Origin: an uncultured virus (IMG/VR IMGVR_UViG_2775507110_000002)
Lineage: Duplodnaviria; Heunggongvirae; Uroviricota; Caudoviricetes
Length of the DNA: 64,000 nucleotides
Virus record (IMG/VR): IMGVR_UViG_2775507110_000002
Strand: one strand, 5' to 3'
The translations under genes and the position numbers were made by a program. Shown here piece after piece: positions 1 to 9,547 of this stretch (position 1 is its first letter; every line of letters starts with the position of its first letter). The notes beneath the pieces were generated by a model. The model saw only the letters and a list, made by a program, of their open reading frames with translations. It had not been told where the DNA came from and did no database searches.

Positions 1-8
1 GCGGTGGC

Positions 9-938
9 GTGATGGCGACGCCCATCAGTGAGCACGGCACGGTCCGTGCCTACCGGCGCGGGTGCCACTGCAGGCCGTGCACCAACGCGGCCACCAAGGA
101 GGACACTCAACGGCGTCTTGATCGCCTTGCGGGACGCCCTCGCACTGTTGACGCCTCCCGCGTTCGGAGCCACCTCCGGAGCCTTGCTGCTGAGGGCATG
201 AGTCACGGCCAGATTGCGTGTAGTGCGGGGGTGTCACAGTCCACCGTCAGTCACCTGATCTCCGGCCGCCGTAAGACCGTGTATGCGGCGAAAGAGGCGG
301 CGCTGCTCATGGTGCGGCTGGCTGATCAGTCTGGGGCGTTCTACGTTTCCGCTCTTGGGGCGACTCGCAGGGTGCGTGCCCTGTATGTGCTGGGCCACGG
401 GCCGACGGTTCTTGCGGCGGCTACTGGTCTGCACCGGGATGCGATCACACAGTTGGCGGGCGGGAAGTGGTCCCAGATTCTGTCCGTGCGCGACCAGGCT
501 GTTCGTGAGGCGTACGGCCGGCTGTCGATGACTGTCGGGGTTACGCGTGAGGCTCGTTCCTGGGCTGCCCGGCAGGGGTGGGTGCCGCCGTTGGCGTGGG
601 ATGACGACACGATCGACGACCCGGCCGCGGTGCCGAGCACGGACGCTCCCATGCCGGGGTTCACCGAGGGCGATGACGTGGTGGCCCGGTTCCTGCTGGG
701 TGAGTCCGTGGTTCTGGACCGGGCGGCGCAGCGTGAGGTGATCGCCCATCTCATGGAGTGGAGCAACGACACCCCGGAGGAGATCGGGGCCCGCCTTGGG
801 ATGACGGGTACCGCGGTGGGTCAGACGTGGGTGCGGATGAACCGGGAGGCCCGTGAGGCGGGCCGGCCGGTGCCGTGGCGGCGTGTGTACATCCCTCGGA
901 ACGAAATCAATCAGAACGACATGAGGAGAGCAGCCTGA
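9..938 (+). CDS. Phage multi-HTH DNA-binding protein with N-terminal Cys motif
   Basis: GCHCRPC motif, XRE-like HTH ([20 protein letters not shown]), further HTH near C-terminus ([16 protein letters not shown]). Confidence 0.75.
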   Translation: MMATPISEHGTVRAYRRGCHCRPCTNAATKEDTQRRLDRLAGRPRTVDASRVRSHLRSLAAEGMSHGQIACSAGVSQSTVSHLISGRRKTVYAAKEAALLMVRLADQSGAFYVSALGATRRVRALYVLGHGPTVLAAATGLHRDAITQLAGGKWSQILSVRDQAVREAYGRLSMTVGVTREARSWAARQGWVPPLAWDDDTIDDPAAVPSTDAPMPGFTEGDDVVARFLLGESVVLDRAAQREVIAHLMEWSNDTPEEIGARLGMTGTAVGQTWVRMNREAREAGRPVPWRRVYIPRNEINQNDMRRAA

Positions 939-1480
939 TGGCAGGCGAGACCGTGATCACCGTAGTAGGCAACCTCGTCGACGACCCCGAGCTCCGCTTT
1001 ACCCCGGCGGGTGCCGCGGTGGCGAAGTTCCGGGTGGCGTCCGTACCGCGGGTGTTCGACAAGCAGGCCAACGAGTGGAAGGACGGCGAGGGCCTGTTCC
1101 TCTCGTGCTCGGTGTGGCGGCAGGCCGCTGAGAACGCCGCCGAGACGCTGCAGAAGGGCATGCGGGTGATTGTGCAGGGCCGGCTGAAGCAGCGGTCGTA
1201 CGAGGACCGTGAGGGTGTGAAGCGCACGGTGTACGAGCTGGACGTCGAGGAGGTCGGCCCGAGCTTGAAGAGCGCGACGGCGGTGGTGACGAAGACCAGC
1301 TCGAGCGGGTCCGGCGGCCAGGGGCGTGAGGCGTTCCATCGGGCGCGGCAGGAGCAGGGTGCGGTGTCGGCGGAGGATCCGTGGGCGTCGGGCACTCCGG
1401 GGACGTCCGGGGGCGCGCCGGCTGGTGGGTGGGGTGGTGGTTCCCAGGGTGGGGGCTACTCCGACGAGCCGCCGTTCTAG
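938..1480 (+). CDS. ssb: Single-stranded DNA-binding protein
   Basis: [24 protein letters not shown]-terminus, Gly-rich linker, DEPPF acidic tail; ATG overlaps previous stop (TGATG). Confidence 0.97.
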   Translation: MAGETVITVVGNLVDDPELRFTPAGAAVAKFRVASVPRVFDKQANEWKDGEGLFLSCSVWRQAAENAAETLQKGMRVIVQGRLKQRSYEDREGVKRTVYELDVEEVGPSLKSATAVVTKTSSSGSGGQGREAFHRARQEQGAVSAEDPWASGTPGTSGGAPAGGWGGGSQGGGYSDEPPF

Positions 1481-1499
1481 GGGCGGTTGAGTGCGGCGC

Positions 1500-1531
1500 A
1501 GGGTCCGGTCCTTTCGGGGGTCGGGCCCTTT
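1500..1531 (+). terminator. Hairpin terminator after ssb
   Basis: agggtccggtcc...gggtcgggccct stem with G-U pairs followed by ttg. Confidence 0.55.
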
Positions 1532-1561
1532 GTCGTGCCCGGTCACCCCTGGACCGTGAAA

Positions 1562-1594
1562 CGTATTGCTATGCAATACGAGAATGGGTATGGT
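1562..1594 (+). promoter_or_regulatory. Promoter with overlapping palindromic operator (copy 1)
   Basis: TTGCTA-N17-TATGGT overlapping CGTATTGC-tat-GCAATACG. Confidence 0.8.
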
Positions 1595-1631
1595 GGTGAC
1601 ACCGCACAACACCACCACCCAGGGGGAACCC

Positions 1632-2129
1632 GTGATCGACAACCTCGGCTTCCACACCGACAACGACCTCCACGCCGAACTCGCCGACCTCGACCGCCGC
1701 ATCAGCAACCTCGCCGCCCAGATCGACGGCGGCTACTTCCACAGCCCCGAAGCCGAGTGGAACACCTGGGCCCAGTACCAGAACCTCGCGGCCTCTCGCC
1801 CCGAGCTCGCCGCCAAGGTTGCCGAGGCCGACGCGGACACCGACCGCCTGCTCGACGCGATCCGCATTGTCGGCGACGTCGAGCTCGGGTTCATCGCCTA
1901 CGTCATCTACGGGCCCACCGTTCTGCCCGTGCCGGCGCTTCACGAGATTCGCCTCATCGAGCGCGACGGCGGCTACACCGTCCCCGGAACCGTCCGCCGC
2001 CGCGTGCCGGCCGACCAGGTCACCACGGTGGAGCGGGAACTGCTGACCGCGGTCGCGGCCCCGAACGGTCACGCCCGCCTGTGGGGTCGCACCGCCCGGG
2101 CCTACCGCACCCAGGTCATCGCGTACTGA
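1632..2129 (+). CDS. Hypothetical protein
   Basis: GTG start after GGGGGA; high-GC3 codon usage; directly below promoter. Confidence 0.75.
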   Translation: MIDNLGFHTDNDLHAELADLDRRISNLAAQIDGGYFHSPEAEWNTWAQYQNLAASRPELAAKVAEADADTDRLLDAIRIVGDVELGFIAYVIYGPTVLPVPALHEIRLIERDGGYTVPGTVRRRVPADQVTTVERELLTAVAAPNGHARLWGRTARAYRTQVIAY

Positions 2130-2201
2130 CCGCCCACCGGCCCACCGGAACCTCCACCCGGTGGGCCTCGACCGCTAGCGCACCCCCAAAGGGGGCCCAT
2201 C

Positions 2202-2396
2202 GTGCCGGAACTCCGCCTCCTCGACCCCGACGGCTATGTCGTCTCCGAGGGCCGCATCACCATCACCCCCACCACCGAACCCAAAGCCCGCACCGCCCTG
2301 AAGGCGCTCGCCATCGAGCACGCCAAGCAGTGGGCGTGGGCCCGCTACGACCACCGCAACTACCGCATCATCACCACCCAAGCCGCCCGCCCGTAA
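2202..2396 (+). CDS. Small hypothetical protein
   Basis: AAAGGGGG upstream, typical codon usage. Confidence 0.65.
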   Translation: MPELRLLDPDGYVVSEGRITITPTTEPKARTALKALAIEHAKQWAWARYDHRNYRIITTQAARP

Positions 2397-2475
2397 GGGT
2401 CGGTGTTCGCCCGGAACCCGCCCCCACCCCCAGTGGGGGCGGGCCCGGTGCCCCAAACGACCAGGAGGACACGCC

Positions 2476-2652
2476 ATGGCCACCGCCACCCACACCGTCA
2501 CCGCCGCCGACAGCCGTGGCGTCCCGCTGTTCATCCAGGAAGTGACGCCCCTCCAGATCGACGACGTGTGTCAGCAGCTCCGCGCCGAGTACCGGCCGGC
2601 CCTCGGCGAGGCCCTCCGGATCAGCGTCGAGCCCATCCGCTGCACCCACTGA
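2476..2652 (+). CDS. Small hypothetical protein (58 aa, not in ORF track)
   Basis: AGGAGG RBS then ATG; MATATHTVTAADSRGVPLF...IRCTH. Confidence 0.7.
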   Translation: MATATHTVTAADSRGVPLFIQEVTPLQIDDVCQQLRAEYRPALGEALRISVEPIRCTH

Positions 2653-2695
2653 CCGGCACGCCCCCTCCTCCTCCTTGCCACCGAAAGGCACCACC

Positions 2696-3070
2696 GTGAC
2701 CGTCGTCCGCCACCACATCGCACCCTCCCCGTTCGGTTGCCGGTGGTGCGGTGAACAGGCCGCGCACCACGGCAGCCGCTACGTCCGCTCCCGCGGCATG
2801 CACGCCTGGGAGCGGCCCACGAACACGCAGATCCTCGCCCGCATGCGGGCACGCCGGGAACGCCGTCTGAACGTGAAGCCCGTCTACCACGCCGCCACCA
2901 GGTGGGTGGCCTCCAGCAACCCGGAGGAAGGCATCCCCCTGTGCGGCGGGTGCTTTACCGAGAGCTGCGTGCCGTGGCTGCGGGTTCAGCGGCACCTTGA
3001 CCGGATCAGGTGGGACCTCGCCCGTTCCACGCCGTCGAAGCCCGGTACATGGGGCGGTGAGCCGTGGTAG
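2696..3070 (+). CDS. Cys/His zinc-finger-like hypothetical protein
   Basis: GAAAGG RBS; GCRWCG...H...H and LCGGC...C motifs. Confidence 0.7.
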   Translation: MTVVRHHIAPSPFGCRWCGEQAAHHGSRYVRSRGMHAWERPTNTQILARMRARRERRLNVKPVYHAATRWVASSNPEEGIPLCGGCFTESCVPWLRVQRHLDRIRWDLARSTPSKPGTWGGEPW

Positions 3071-3240
3071 CCGCCCCGACGCCGCCGTCGCCGAACGGCT
3101 GCCAGCACTGCGGCATCGACCAGCGCGAGCACATGCAGCAGTGGAAGCCCCCGGTCGGCTGGCACAAGTGGACGGCCCCCACCCAGGACCAGATCAAGAC
3201 CCGCATGCGCGCCCGCCGCGCCAACCGCAAGGAGCAGTAA
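3064..3240 (+). CDS. Small zinc-finger-like protein, paralog of upstream gene (58 aa, not in ORF track)
   Basis: PSPNGCQHCG...H...GWHKWTAPTQDQIKTRMRARR aligns with 2696..3070. Confidence 0.7.
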   Translation: MVAAPTPPSPNGCQHCGIDQREHMQQWKPPVGWHKWTAPTQDQIKTRMRARRANRKEQ

Positions 3241-3243
3241 CCC

Positions 3244-3639
3244 GTGGCCCGCTACAACATCAAGTTCGGGAAACTCGGCGACACTCGCCAGAGCGAGGAA
3301 GCGACGCAGTCCGCTGACCCCAAGCAGCCCGCCTACGACGCGGTGTTCGCGTACATCCGCAGCCAGCCCGACGTTGTCCCGGCCACCGTTGTGGAGCGGA
3401 ACGCGATGATCTGGCGTGCCGTGCACGCCGCGCTGGCCACCGCTCCGCCCGCGCAAACCGTCTCGGAACGCCTTGCGCTGGTCGAGGCGCTGGTATCCGA
3501 CTTCATCGACCCGGACCCGTGCTGGTTCGACCACCACGGCTACTGCCAGGCGCACGGCTGGGCTGCCACCGACCCGGGGTGTCCGCACGGTCGGGCGAAG
3601 GCCCTGGGCCTGGAGGAGACGGAAGAGGACGGCTCGTGA
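3244..3639 (+). CDS. Hypothetical protein
   Basis: AAGGAG RBS; CWFDHHGYCQAH...CPH motif. Confidence 0.7.
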   Translation: MARYNIKFGKLGDTRQSEEATQSADPKQPAYDAVFAYIRSQPDVVPATVVERNAMIWRAVHAALATAPPAQTVSERLALVEALVSDFIDPDPCWFDHHGYCQAHGWAATDPGCPHGRAKALGLEETEEDGS

Positions 3640-3791
3640 CCGTCCTCGACCCGGACTTCGTCGCCAACGCCTCCGCCGACGCCATCCGCACCCAGTACGA
3701 GAAGGCCCAGGCGCTCGCCGACCTCTGGTCCGACCGGGCCCGCGAACTGTTCCTGCTGATGACATCCCGAACGCCCAAGGAGCCCCAGTGA
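3636..3791 (+). CDS. Small hypothetical protein
   Basis: GTGA coupling on both sides. Confidence 0.55.
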   Translation: MTVLDPDFVANASADAIRTQYEKAQALADLWSDRARELFLLMTSRTPKEPQ

Positions 3792-4207
3792 CCGCCCCCA
3801 CCCGTACGGGCCCGTCGCCTTCGGGCGGCGGGCCCGCCCCATCCCCGGACTGGAAACCCGCTACCGGTTCCCCCCTGACCATGCACCAACTCGACGTGCT
3901 GCGCCGCATCGCCTGCGGGCAGTCCTGGAAGCAGATCGGGAAAGACCTCGGCATCACAGTGGGCGGTGTCGGGTCGGTCGGCAAGCAGATCCTGCTGAAG
4001 CTGGGGGCCGCGTCGTCGGCGCAGGCGGTGGACATTGCGCACCGTCGGAGTCTGATGACGGAACGCCCCGATTGTGGGGACCGGCCGGCGTATCTGCGGC
4101 ACTTGCGGCGCCCGGAGCCGGCGTGTTGGCGGTGCCTGGCAGCGAATGCGGCTCATGAGGCTGAGCGGCGGGCTGCTGTGAGGGCCGCGAAGTTGCACGC
4201 AGCGTGA
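3788..4207 (+). CDS. LuxR-type HTH regulator with C-terminal Cys motif
   Basis: PLTMHQLDVLRRIACGQSWKQIGKDLGIT...ILLKLGAASSAQAV. Confidence 0.8.
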   Translation: MTAPTRTGPSPSGGGPAPSPDWKPATGSPLTMHQLDVLRRIACGQSWKQIGKDLGITVGGVGSVGKQILLKLGAASSAQAVDIAHRRSLMTERPDCGDRPAYLRHLRRPEPACWRCLAANAAHEAERRAAVRAAKLHAA

Positions 4208-4319
4208 GAGGCCCCCACATCCCCGCCCTCCGTAATCGGACATCTTAGACACCGCCATCGGCCGGGCGGGGGTCCACGGGCCGGTAACTACCCACCGTCA
4301 CATCACGTAGGAGAACGCC

Positions 4320-5150
4320 ATGGGAGCGCCCCGAAGCCTCGCCGCCGTACCTCGGCAGGAGAGGAAGCCCCGCACGTACGAGGAGGTGGTCCACGCCGTC
4401 TACAACGACGAGCGCGCCAACCCGGAGGCGCGGGAGCTGCTTCTCGCCATCGCGTACGCCGTGTACCTCAAGGGCCGGGAGGAGGGTGTCAGCCCGCTCC
4501 GGGAAGCACGACGGGTCCTGGGGCGTACGTCAGTCGGCAAGCCCCGCTATGACGGGCTGATGGCCGCTGACGTTCCCCGGTACGAGACACCACGGGACGT
4601 GGACGTGCACGCCCACACCGTGGCGTGCGAGGCCCCCCGGCTGCGCCCGTACAGGCCCAAGCCCGCCACCCCGTACGAGCCCGACCCCCACGCCCCTTCG
4701 CCGATCCGCCCGTACGAGCTGCCGCCCGAGCTCGCCGCGTTGAAGGCGGAGGCAATGGCCGCGTACACGCCGCCCCGGGACTGGCGCACCGAGGACGGAG
4801 TGTGCGGCGCCAACTCCCGCTACCGGGTCCTCGAGAAGGACCCGGCCACGGGCTGGGTGACTGCGCACTGGTTCTGCTGGCGGCACCAGGACCACGCCGA
4901 CCGGGTCTCCGAACAGCTCCGCGCCCAGAACGATGCTGCTCCCGCCCCGTGGCCGAACAAGGGCGGGCTGCTGCCCTGCTACTTCAAGGCGGACTGGGAG
5001 AAGGTCTACCGGCACTACGCGGGGCGGTTCTGGGAGCCCCCGGTGCATGGGCTGTGCGCGGACGACTGGCATACGCCCGGTCAGGGCCCGGTGGTGAAGA
5101 AGGGCCGCATGCGCCTCGTCCTCGGCGGCGACCTGGACGGCCCCCGGTGA
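4320..5150 (+). CDS. Hypothetical protein
   Basis: AGGAG RBS, 276 aa with biased codon usage. Confidence 0.75.
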   Translation: MGAPRSLAAVPRQERKPRTYEEVVHAVYNDERANPEARELLLAIAYAVYLKGREEGVSPLREARRVLGRTSVGKPRYDGLMAADVPRYETPRDVDVHAHTVACEAPRLRPYRPKPATPYEPDPHAPSPIRPYELPPELAALKAEAMAAYTPPRDWRTEDGVCGANSRYRVLEKDPATGWVTAHWFCWRHQDHADRVSEQLRAQNDAAPAPWPNKGGLLPCYFKADWEKVYRHYAGRFWEPPVHGLCADDWHTPGQGPVVKKGRMRLVLGGDLDGPR

Positions 5151-5194
5151 CCGCCCGGCGCTCCCACCGTCACATCACGCCTAGGAGGCGTCCC

Positions 5195-5401
5195 ATGTCC
5201 CGCATAAGCCTCGGCTTCCCCGTTCTCATCACTGTCGCCATCGCCGGAGGTATCGCCGCCCGACTGTTCTGGGACGCGACCGCCAACCGCCAGGAGGCGC
5301 CGATATGGGTGCCCATCCTTGTCGGCTTCCTTGTCATCACGGTGGGCCTGGCTTTCAAGGTGCAGGTCGATCGGCGTGCGCGTCGCGGGATCGACCGGTG
5401 A
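5195..5401 (+). CDS. Small two-TM membrane protein
   Basis: AGGAGG RBS; two hydrophobic segments. Confidence 0.65.
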   Translation: MSRISLGFPVLITVAIAGGIAARLFWDATANRQEAPIWVPILVGFLVITVGLAFKVQVDRRARRGIDR

Positions 5402-5628
5402 AGGCCCGGCGTGGCCGGTGCGCGTACTGCGACCGGTCCATAGCCGTCACCGCGGCCGGCCTCTGGCCCCACGGCCCCGCACGGTCCTGCCGAGGCAACT
5501 ACACCCTGCCCGCCATGTACGACACCCACCCGACCCGGCACTGGCCGTCCTGGCACTACGGGCGGCGCGTGCACACCATCCCCGGACCCGACACCTGGAA
5601 CCCCAAGGCTCTGGAAGGAGCAGCATGA
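5398..5628 (+). CDS. Small Cys-containing hypothetical protein
   Basis: GTGA/ATGA coupling; CAYC motif. Confidence 0.55.
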   Translation: MKARRGRCAYCDRSIAVTAAGLWPHGPARSCRGNYTLPAMYDTHPTRHWPSWHYGRRVHTIPGPDTWNPKALEGAA

Positions 5629-6062
5629 CCGAACCCAGCCGCCGAGTGCGACCATGCGACCCGCCGACGATGGCGATCAGCGTCGATGGCACGCCGATCG
5701 CCGTTCCCCCAGCAAATCTGGGCTACGACAGGACCGACACCGTGGCAACGCACGGCCTGGACGTGGCACTGTTCACTCCACGCGCTGGCATTCCCGCCGT
5801 GGCGCCGCCGGAGGGCTGGAGGGTCCTGGCGTACGTCTACGTTCCGAGGGAATGCAGTGCCATCCTCGACGCCAACATCACTGTCGAAGCTCCTCTGCCA
5901 TCAGCAGCCCACGTGTACCTGTCGAAGGGCTGCTTGCACGGTGAGCATGTGTACTGCCAGTCGATGACCGGTCAGCAGGGGGAGAAGCGGCCGGGCCGGT
6001 GCAAGTTCTGCGACGCCCGGTGCACATGTCCGTGCCACGACGAGACGGCGGTGGAGGGGTGA
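5625..6062 (+). CDS. Hypothetical protein with Cys-rich C-terminus
   Basis: AAGGAG RBS; YLSKGCLHGEHVYC...CKFCDARCTCPCH. Confidence 0.65.
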   Translation: MTEPSRRVRPCDPPTMAISVDGTPIAVPPANLGYDRTDTVATHGLDVALFTPRAGIPAVAPPEGWRVLAYVYVPRECSAILDANITVEAPLPSAAHVYLSKGCLHGEHVYCQSMTGQQGEKRPGRCKFCDARCTCPCHDETAVEG

Positions 6063-6703
6063 CGGCCCGGAACAGTGCGGCCGCCCAGGCTGCCGCTGTG
6101 CGCGCTGGGGCGCGGCGTGGGGTGTGGCAGCGTCTCCTGGCCGCCCTGGGGGTGCGTACGGGCCGTGTGCGGCGTGCTGACGCTGTTGCGGCCCGGTGGG
6201 AGCACGGTGCCGCCGGGGAGGCCGCCACGGCCCGCCTGGTGGCCCCGCTGGTGTCGCAGGGGTGGGCGGTCCGGCACGACCTGCGGATGCCCGGTAGTCG
6301 GGCCAACCTCGACCACCTCCTCATCAGCCCCTGCGGGACCGCGGTCGTGGTGGTCGACTCGAAGCACTGGCATCGCGGCCGCACCACCACGATGGCCGGC
6401 GGGCGGGTCCACTGCGGTGACGACCGGCAGGACCAGGTCGACGCTGTCGCCCGGTACGCGGCCCGAGTCTCCCGCGCGCTGGACCTGCCCGGGGTGATGG
6501 TGTGGCCGCTCCTCGTCGTCCACGGCTCCCCGATCGCTGGTGGCCGGCTCGAAGCGCAGGCGCCGGACTGGGGCGGGGTGGTGCACGTCCTCGGCCCGGC
6601 CCGCCTGGTACCGACGCTGGCCGCGGCCCCGAAGGTGTCCGACCCGGCCCGGGCGGCCGCCGTTGCGGCACGGGTGGACCGGGTGCTGCTGCCTTATTCG
6701 TAG
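6059..6703 (+). CDS. NERD / nuclease-related domain protein
   Basis: GAAGE, HDL...ANLDHLLI, VVVDSKHW PD-(D/E)xK-type motifs. Confidence 0.85.
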   Translation: MTARNSAAAQAAAVRAGARRGVWQRLLAALGVRTGRVRRADAVAARWEHGAAGEAATARLVAPLVSQGWAVRHDLRMPGSRANLDHLLISPCGTAVVVVDSKHWHRGRTTTMAGGRVHCGDDRQDQVDAVARYAARVSRALDLPGVMVWPLLVVHGSPIAGGRLEAQAPDWGGVVHVLGPARLVPTLAAAPKVSDPARAAAVAARVDRVLLPYS

Positions 6704-6717
6704 AACTCTCAAGCGGG

Positions 6718-6762
6718 TATGGCACCCCCACCATTGACAAGTAATGGCAGGGGTGCCATAGT
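6718..6762 (+). promoter_or_regulatory. Promoter inside an inverted repeat
   Basis: TTGACA-N17-CATAGT within TATGGCACCCC...GGGGTGCCATA. Confidence 0.75.
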
Positions 6763-6809
6763 CGTGTGTGTCGGGAGGCGGAAGGCCTTCCAGCAACGGA
6801 AGGACCGCC

Positions 6810-7319
6810 ATGCGACCCATCACCGGAACCGACATCATCGACTTCTACAACACCCGCTACGACCTCCTCGTCCTCACCCCCAACGGCGAGTTCGACCACA
6901 TCGACCGCGACAGCGTCACGAGCAGCAACTACGACGACGGCAGGGTGACCGCCTACGACTTCGTCACCACCGAAGGCGGCGAAGTTCAGGTCCTGCTGGA
7001 GCGCGGCACGGTAGAGGAAGGCGACTGGTTCCCCGACGCGCTCACCGACGAAGGCGACCTCATCCCCTCGGTGGCCGACGAGATGGCCGACATCATCAAC
7101 CAGGACGGCATCCTCCCCTCCCGCGCCCGCAAGGCCATCCACGCAGGGAAGGCGTGGAAGGCGGCAGACGAAGCAGCCCAGCAGGCTGCAGCCGGTCGCG
7201 CCGCGGCGGTCGTCGAAGTCGTCGCCTACTGCGGGGGGAACCAGTCCAAGGCTGGCAGGCTGCTCGGTCTCGACCAGTCCACCGTCAACAAGCTGGTCGC
7301 GAAGCATCGCCGGGCCTGA
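6810..7319 (+). CDS. Acidic protein with C-terminal HTH
   Basis: GAAGGA RBS; GGNQSKAGRLLGLDQSTVNKLV. Confidence 0.8.
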   Translation: MRPITGTDIIDFYNTRYDLLVLTPNGEFDHIDRDSVTSSNYDDGRVTAYDFVTTEGGEVQVLLERGTVEEGDWFPDALTDEGDLIPSVADEMADIINQDGILPSRARKAIHAGKAWKAADEAAQQAAAGRAAAVVEVVAYCGGNQSKAGRLLGLDQSTVNKLVAKHRRA

Positions 7320-7341
7320 CTGGACACGCATGGAACGCATT

Positions 7342-7380
7342 GTGGCCCACTACCCCGTCTTGGGGTGGTGGGCCACTTTC
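7342..7380 (+). terminator. Rho-independent terminator
   Basis: gtggcccactacccc-gtctt-ggggtggtgggccac then tttc. Confidence 0.7.
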
Positions 7381-7446
7381 GTCATGTTTGGGGCGGTTCG
7401 GTGTGCCTGCTCGCGCCCTGAAATCGAACAGACGTAGCATCACGGT

Positions 7447-7809
7447 GTGCCCAAGAACGAGACCACCTTCCCCTTCCCGGCCGACCTCCTCGACGCCCAG
7501 GAAGCCCTCCACCAGGCCCGCCGCACTGCTGAGGAGTACGCCCGCACCCTTCCCTGGTCTGCCGAACCGATGACCGGGTGGGACAGCGAGAAGCAGCTCC
7601 ACTCCTCGTACCAGTCGAGTAAGGCAGACAGCCCCGGCTACACCGAAGAGCAGCGCACGGAGATGGCCCAGCTGCGTGCGGAGGTGCTGCGGTTGTCGGA
7701 GGTGGTGTACGTGCACCCGTTCTGGGCGACCGTGGAGGCGGGCAAGGTGGTAGAAGCCCGGATGCGGCTGAAGCACGCCCATGAGCCGGCTGCCGCCGAA
7801 GGCGCGTAG
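7447..7809 (+). CDS. Hypothetical protein, possibly leaderless
   Basis: TAGCAT -10-like hexamer ends 6 nt before the GTG. Confidence 0.7.
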   Translation: MPKNETTFPFPADLLDAQEALHQARRTAEEYARTLPWSAEPMTGWDSEKQLHSSYQSSKADSPGYTEEQRTEMAQLRAEVLRLSEVVYVHPFWATVEAGKVVEARMRLKHAHEPAAAEGA

Positions 7810-7811
7810 CG

Positions 7812-8156
7812 GTGCCCGATGAGGGAGCCCCGGCCGGGCCGCCGTTCAGGGGGCTGACGCCGCTGCAGAAGAACCAGGCCCTCGAGGAGTGGCTGCGCTG
7901 GCAGCTTGGACAGGTTCAGGCCCGCATCCGGGACCTGAAGGCCCTGGAGGAGCGGGAGCGGCAGGCGCACGGGACCCTGTGGAAGGTCCAGCCGGAGCGC
8001 CCGGGGTCGCCGGCGTTGCTGCACCGCGGGGACTGCCACCTGCACGACGGAGCGATGACGTTCATCAGCCGGGAGGACGCGGTGGTGGCGTTGACGATGC
8101 CGGAGATCGAACCGTGCACGGTATGCCGGCCGGAGACCGGACTCGACCCGCAGTAG
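7812..8156 (+). CDS. DUF6233-like protein
   Basis: LHRGDC...ISREDA...EPCTVCRPETGL motif. Confidence 0.7.
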   Translation: MPDEGAPAGPPFRGLTPLQKNQALEEWLRWQLGQVQARIRDLKALEERERQAHGTLWKVQPERPGSPALLHRGDCHLHDGAMTFISREDAVVALTMPEIEPCTVCRPETGLDPQ

Positions 8157-8222
8157 GCGCGGCCGCCGCACACCGCGCCCAGGGCCCCGGGGTCGGTTGA
8201 CGTCGTTCTGCCGTGGCGACAG

Positions 8223-8663
8223 GTGCGCCCGCCCCCACCGAAGCGCCCTCTGTCGCCGCCGCGCCCGGAGACCGGCTTGGCGGGCACGGGCCGGGCGCGG
8301 ATGCAGGTGCGGAACCGGCGGACCGCGGCGTGGTCGCTGGAGGCCGCCCCGTGGTCCGCGGCGAAAGCCTCGACGCATGTGCTGGGCCGGCTGCACGAGT
8401 GGGGCTACCAGGAGGCCGACAAGGAGGCCTCCTCGTTGACGGAGCTCCTGGTGCGGACCGCGGTCGCGGACGGCGGCCGCCGCGTGTCCGTACACCTTGC
8501 GGATCAGAACCGGCAGGCACTCATCGTCGCCCTGTCGCACCAGCCGGGGCTCGCCGTCGCGGACACTGCGGTGTTGCCGGAGCTGACCGGGCTGGGCGCC
8601 GTGTCGTGCGGGACGGACACCGCGGAGGACGGGCGCAGAGTCTGGGCGGTCCTCGACCTGTAG
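8223..8663 (+). CDS. Degenerate HATPase_c / anti-sigma-like protein
   Basis: LHEWG, LLTELLVRTAV, GTDTAEDGRRVWAVL; N-box Asn apparently missing. Confidence 0.65.
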   Translation: MRPPPPKRPLSPPRPETGLAGTGRARMQVRNRRTAAWSLEAAPWSAAKASTHVLGRLHEWGYQEADKEASSLTELLVRTAVADGGRRVSVHLADQNRQALIVALSHQPGLAVADTAVLPELTGLGAVSCGTDTAEDGRRVWAVLDL

Positions 8664-8760
8664 CGGTCCGCCAAGTCCTCCCGAGCGGAGGGATGTACCG
8701 GCTCGAACCGCCGTAAAATTGGCGGTATCGAGCGGTACCCTTCCCCTCCTGGAGTCCCTG

Positions 8761-9531
8761 GTGTCCGACGCCCCCATACCCGCCCAGCCGAAGTTCCGTG
8801 ACGACGTCACCGTGGAGTTGGTGAAGGCCACCGCGTCCGATGCGGACGTCCTGTTCGCGGCCCGTGTGTCCACCCTGGGCGAGCGGAGCTTCCCGGCCCG
8901 CGCCATGGTCGACGTGGAGCACACCGCGGTGGAGCATCCGCAGACGGCACGGGACCGGGGGCTGATCAACTACCTGATGCGGGACCGGCACGGGAGCCCT
9001 TGGGAACACACGTCGATGACGTTCTTCATCAGCGCCCCGATCTTCGTGTTCCGCGAGTTCATGCGCCACAGGGCCGGATGGTCATTCAATGAAGAGTCAG
9101 GGCGTTACAGGGAGCTGAAGCCGGTGTTCTACTGGCCCGGTGAGGACCGGAAGCTGGTGCAGCAGGGGAAGCCCGGTCGGTACGAGTTCGTGGACGGCCC
9201 GGCTGGGCTGCGCGACTTCACGCGGCTGCACATGGAGATCGCGTACCGGGAGGCATACGCCGCCTACGAAGCCATGCTGAGAGCGGGTGTGGCCCGTGAG
9301 GTGGCCCGGTCGGTGCTGCCGGTCGGCCTGTACTCGTCCGTCTACGCGACGTGCAATGCGCGGTCGCTGATGCACTTCCTGGGGCTGCGCACCACCCACC
9401 CCGACGCCACAACGCCGTCCTTCCCCCAGCGCGAGATTGAGATGGTGGGGGAGCGGATGGAGGCGCACTGGGCAGGGCTGATGCCGCTCACGCACGCCGC
9501 GTTCAACACCAACGGGCGCGTCGCACCGTAA
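8761..9531 (+). CDS. thyX: FAD-dependent thymidylate synthase
   Basis: HGSPWEH, REFMRHRAGWSFNEESGRY, REVARSVLP, NARSLMHFL motifs. Confidence 0.96.
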   Translation: MSDAPIPAQPKFRDDVTVELVKATASDADVLFAARVSTLGERSFPARAMVDVEHTAVEHPQTARDRGLINYLMRDRHGSPWEHTSMTFFISAPIFVFREFMRHRAGWSFNEESGRYRELKPVFYWPGEDRKLVQQGKPGRYEFVDGPAGLRDFTRLHMEIAYREAYAAYEAMLRAGVAREVARSVLPVGLYSSVYATCNARSLMHFLGLRTTHPDATTPSFPQREIEMVGERMEAHWAGLMPLTHAAFNTNGRVAP

Positions 9532-9547
9532 CCGCGCCCGCCGCCGG

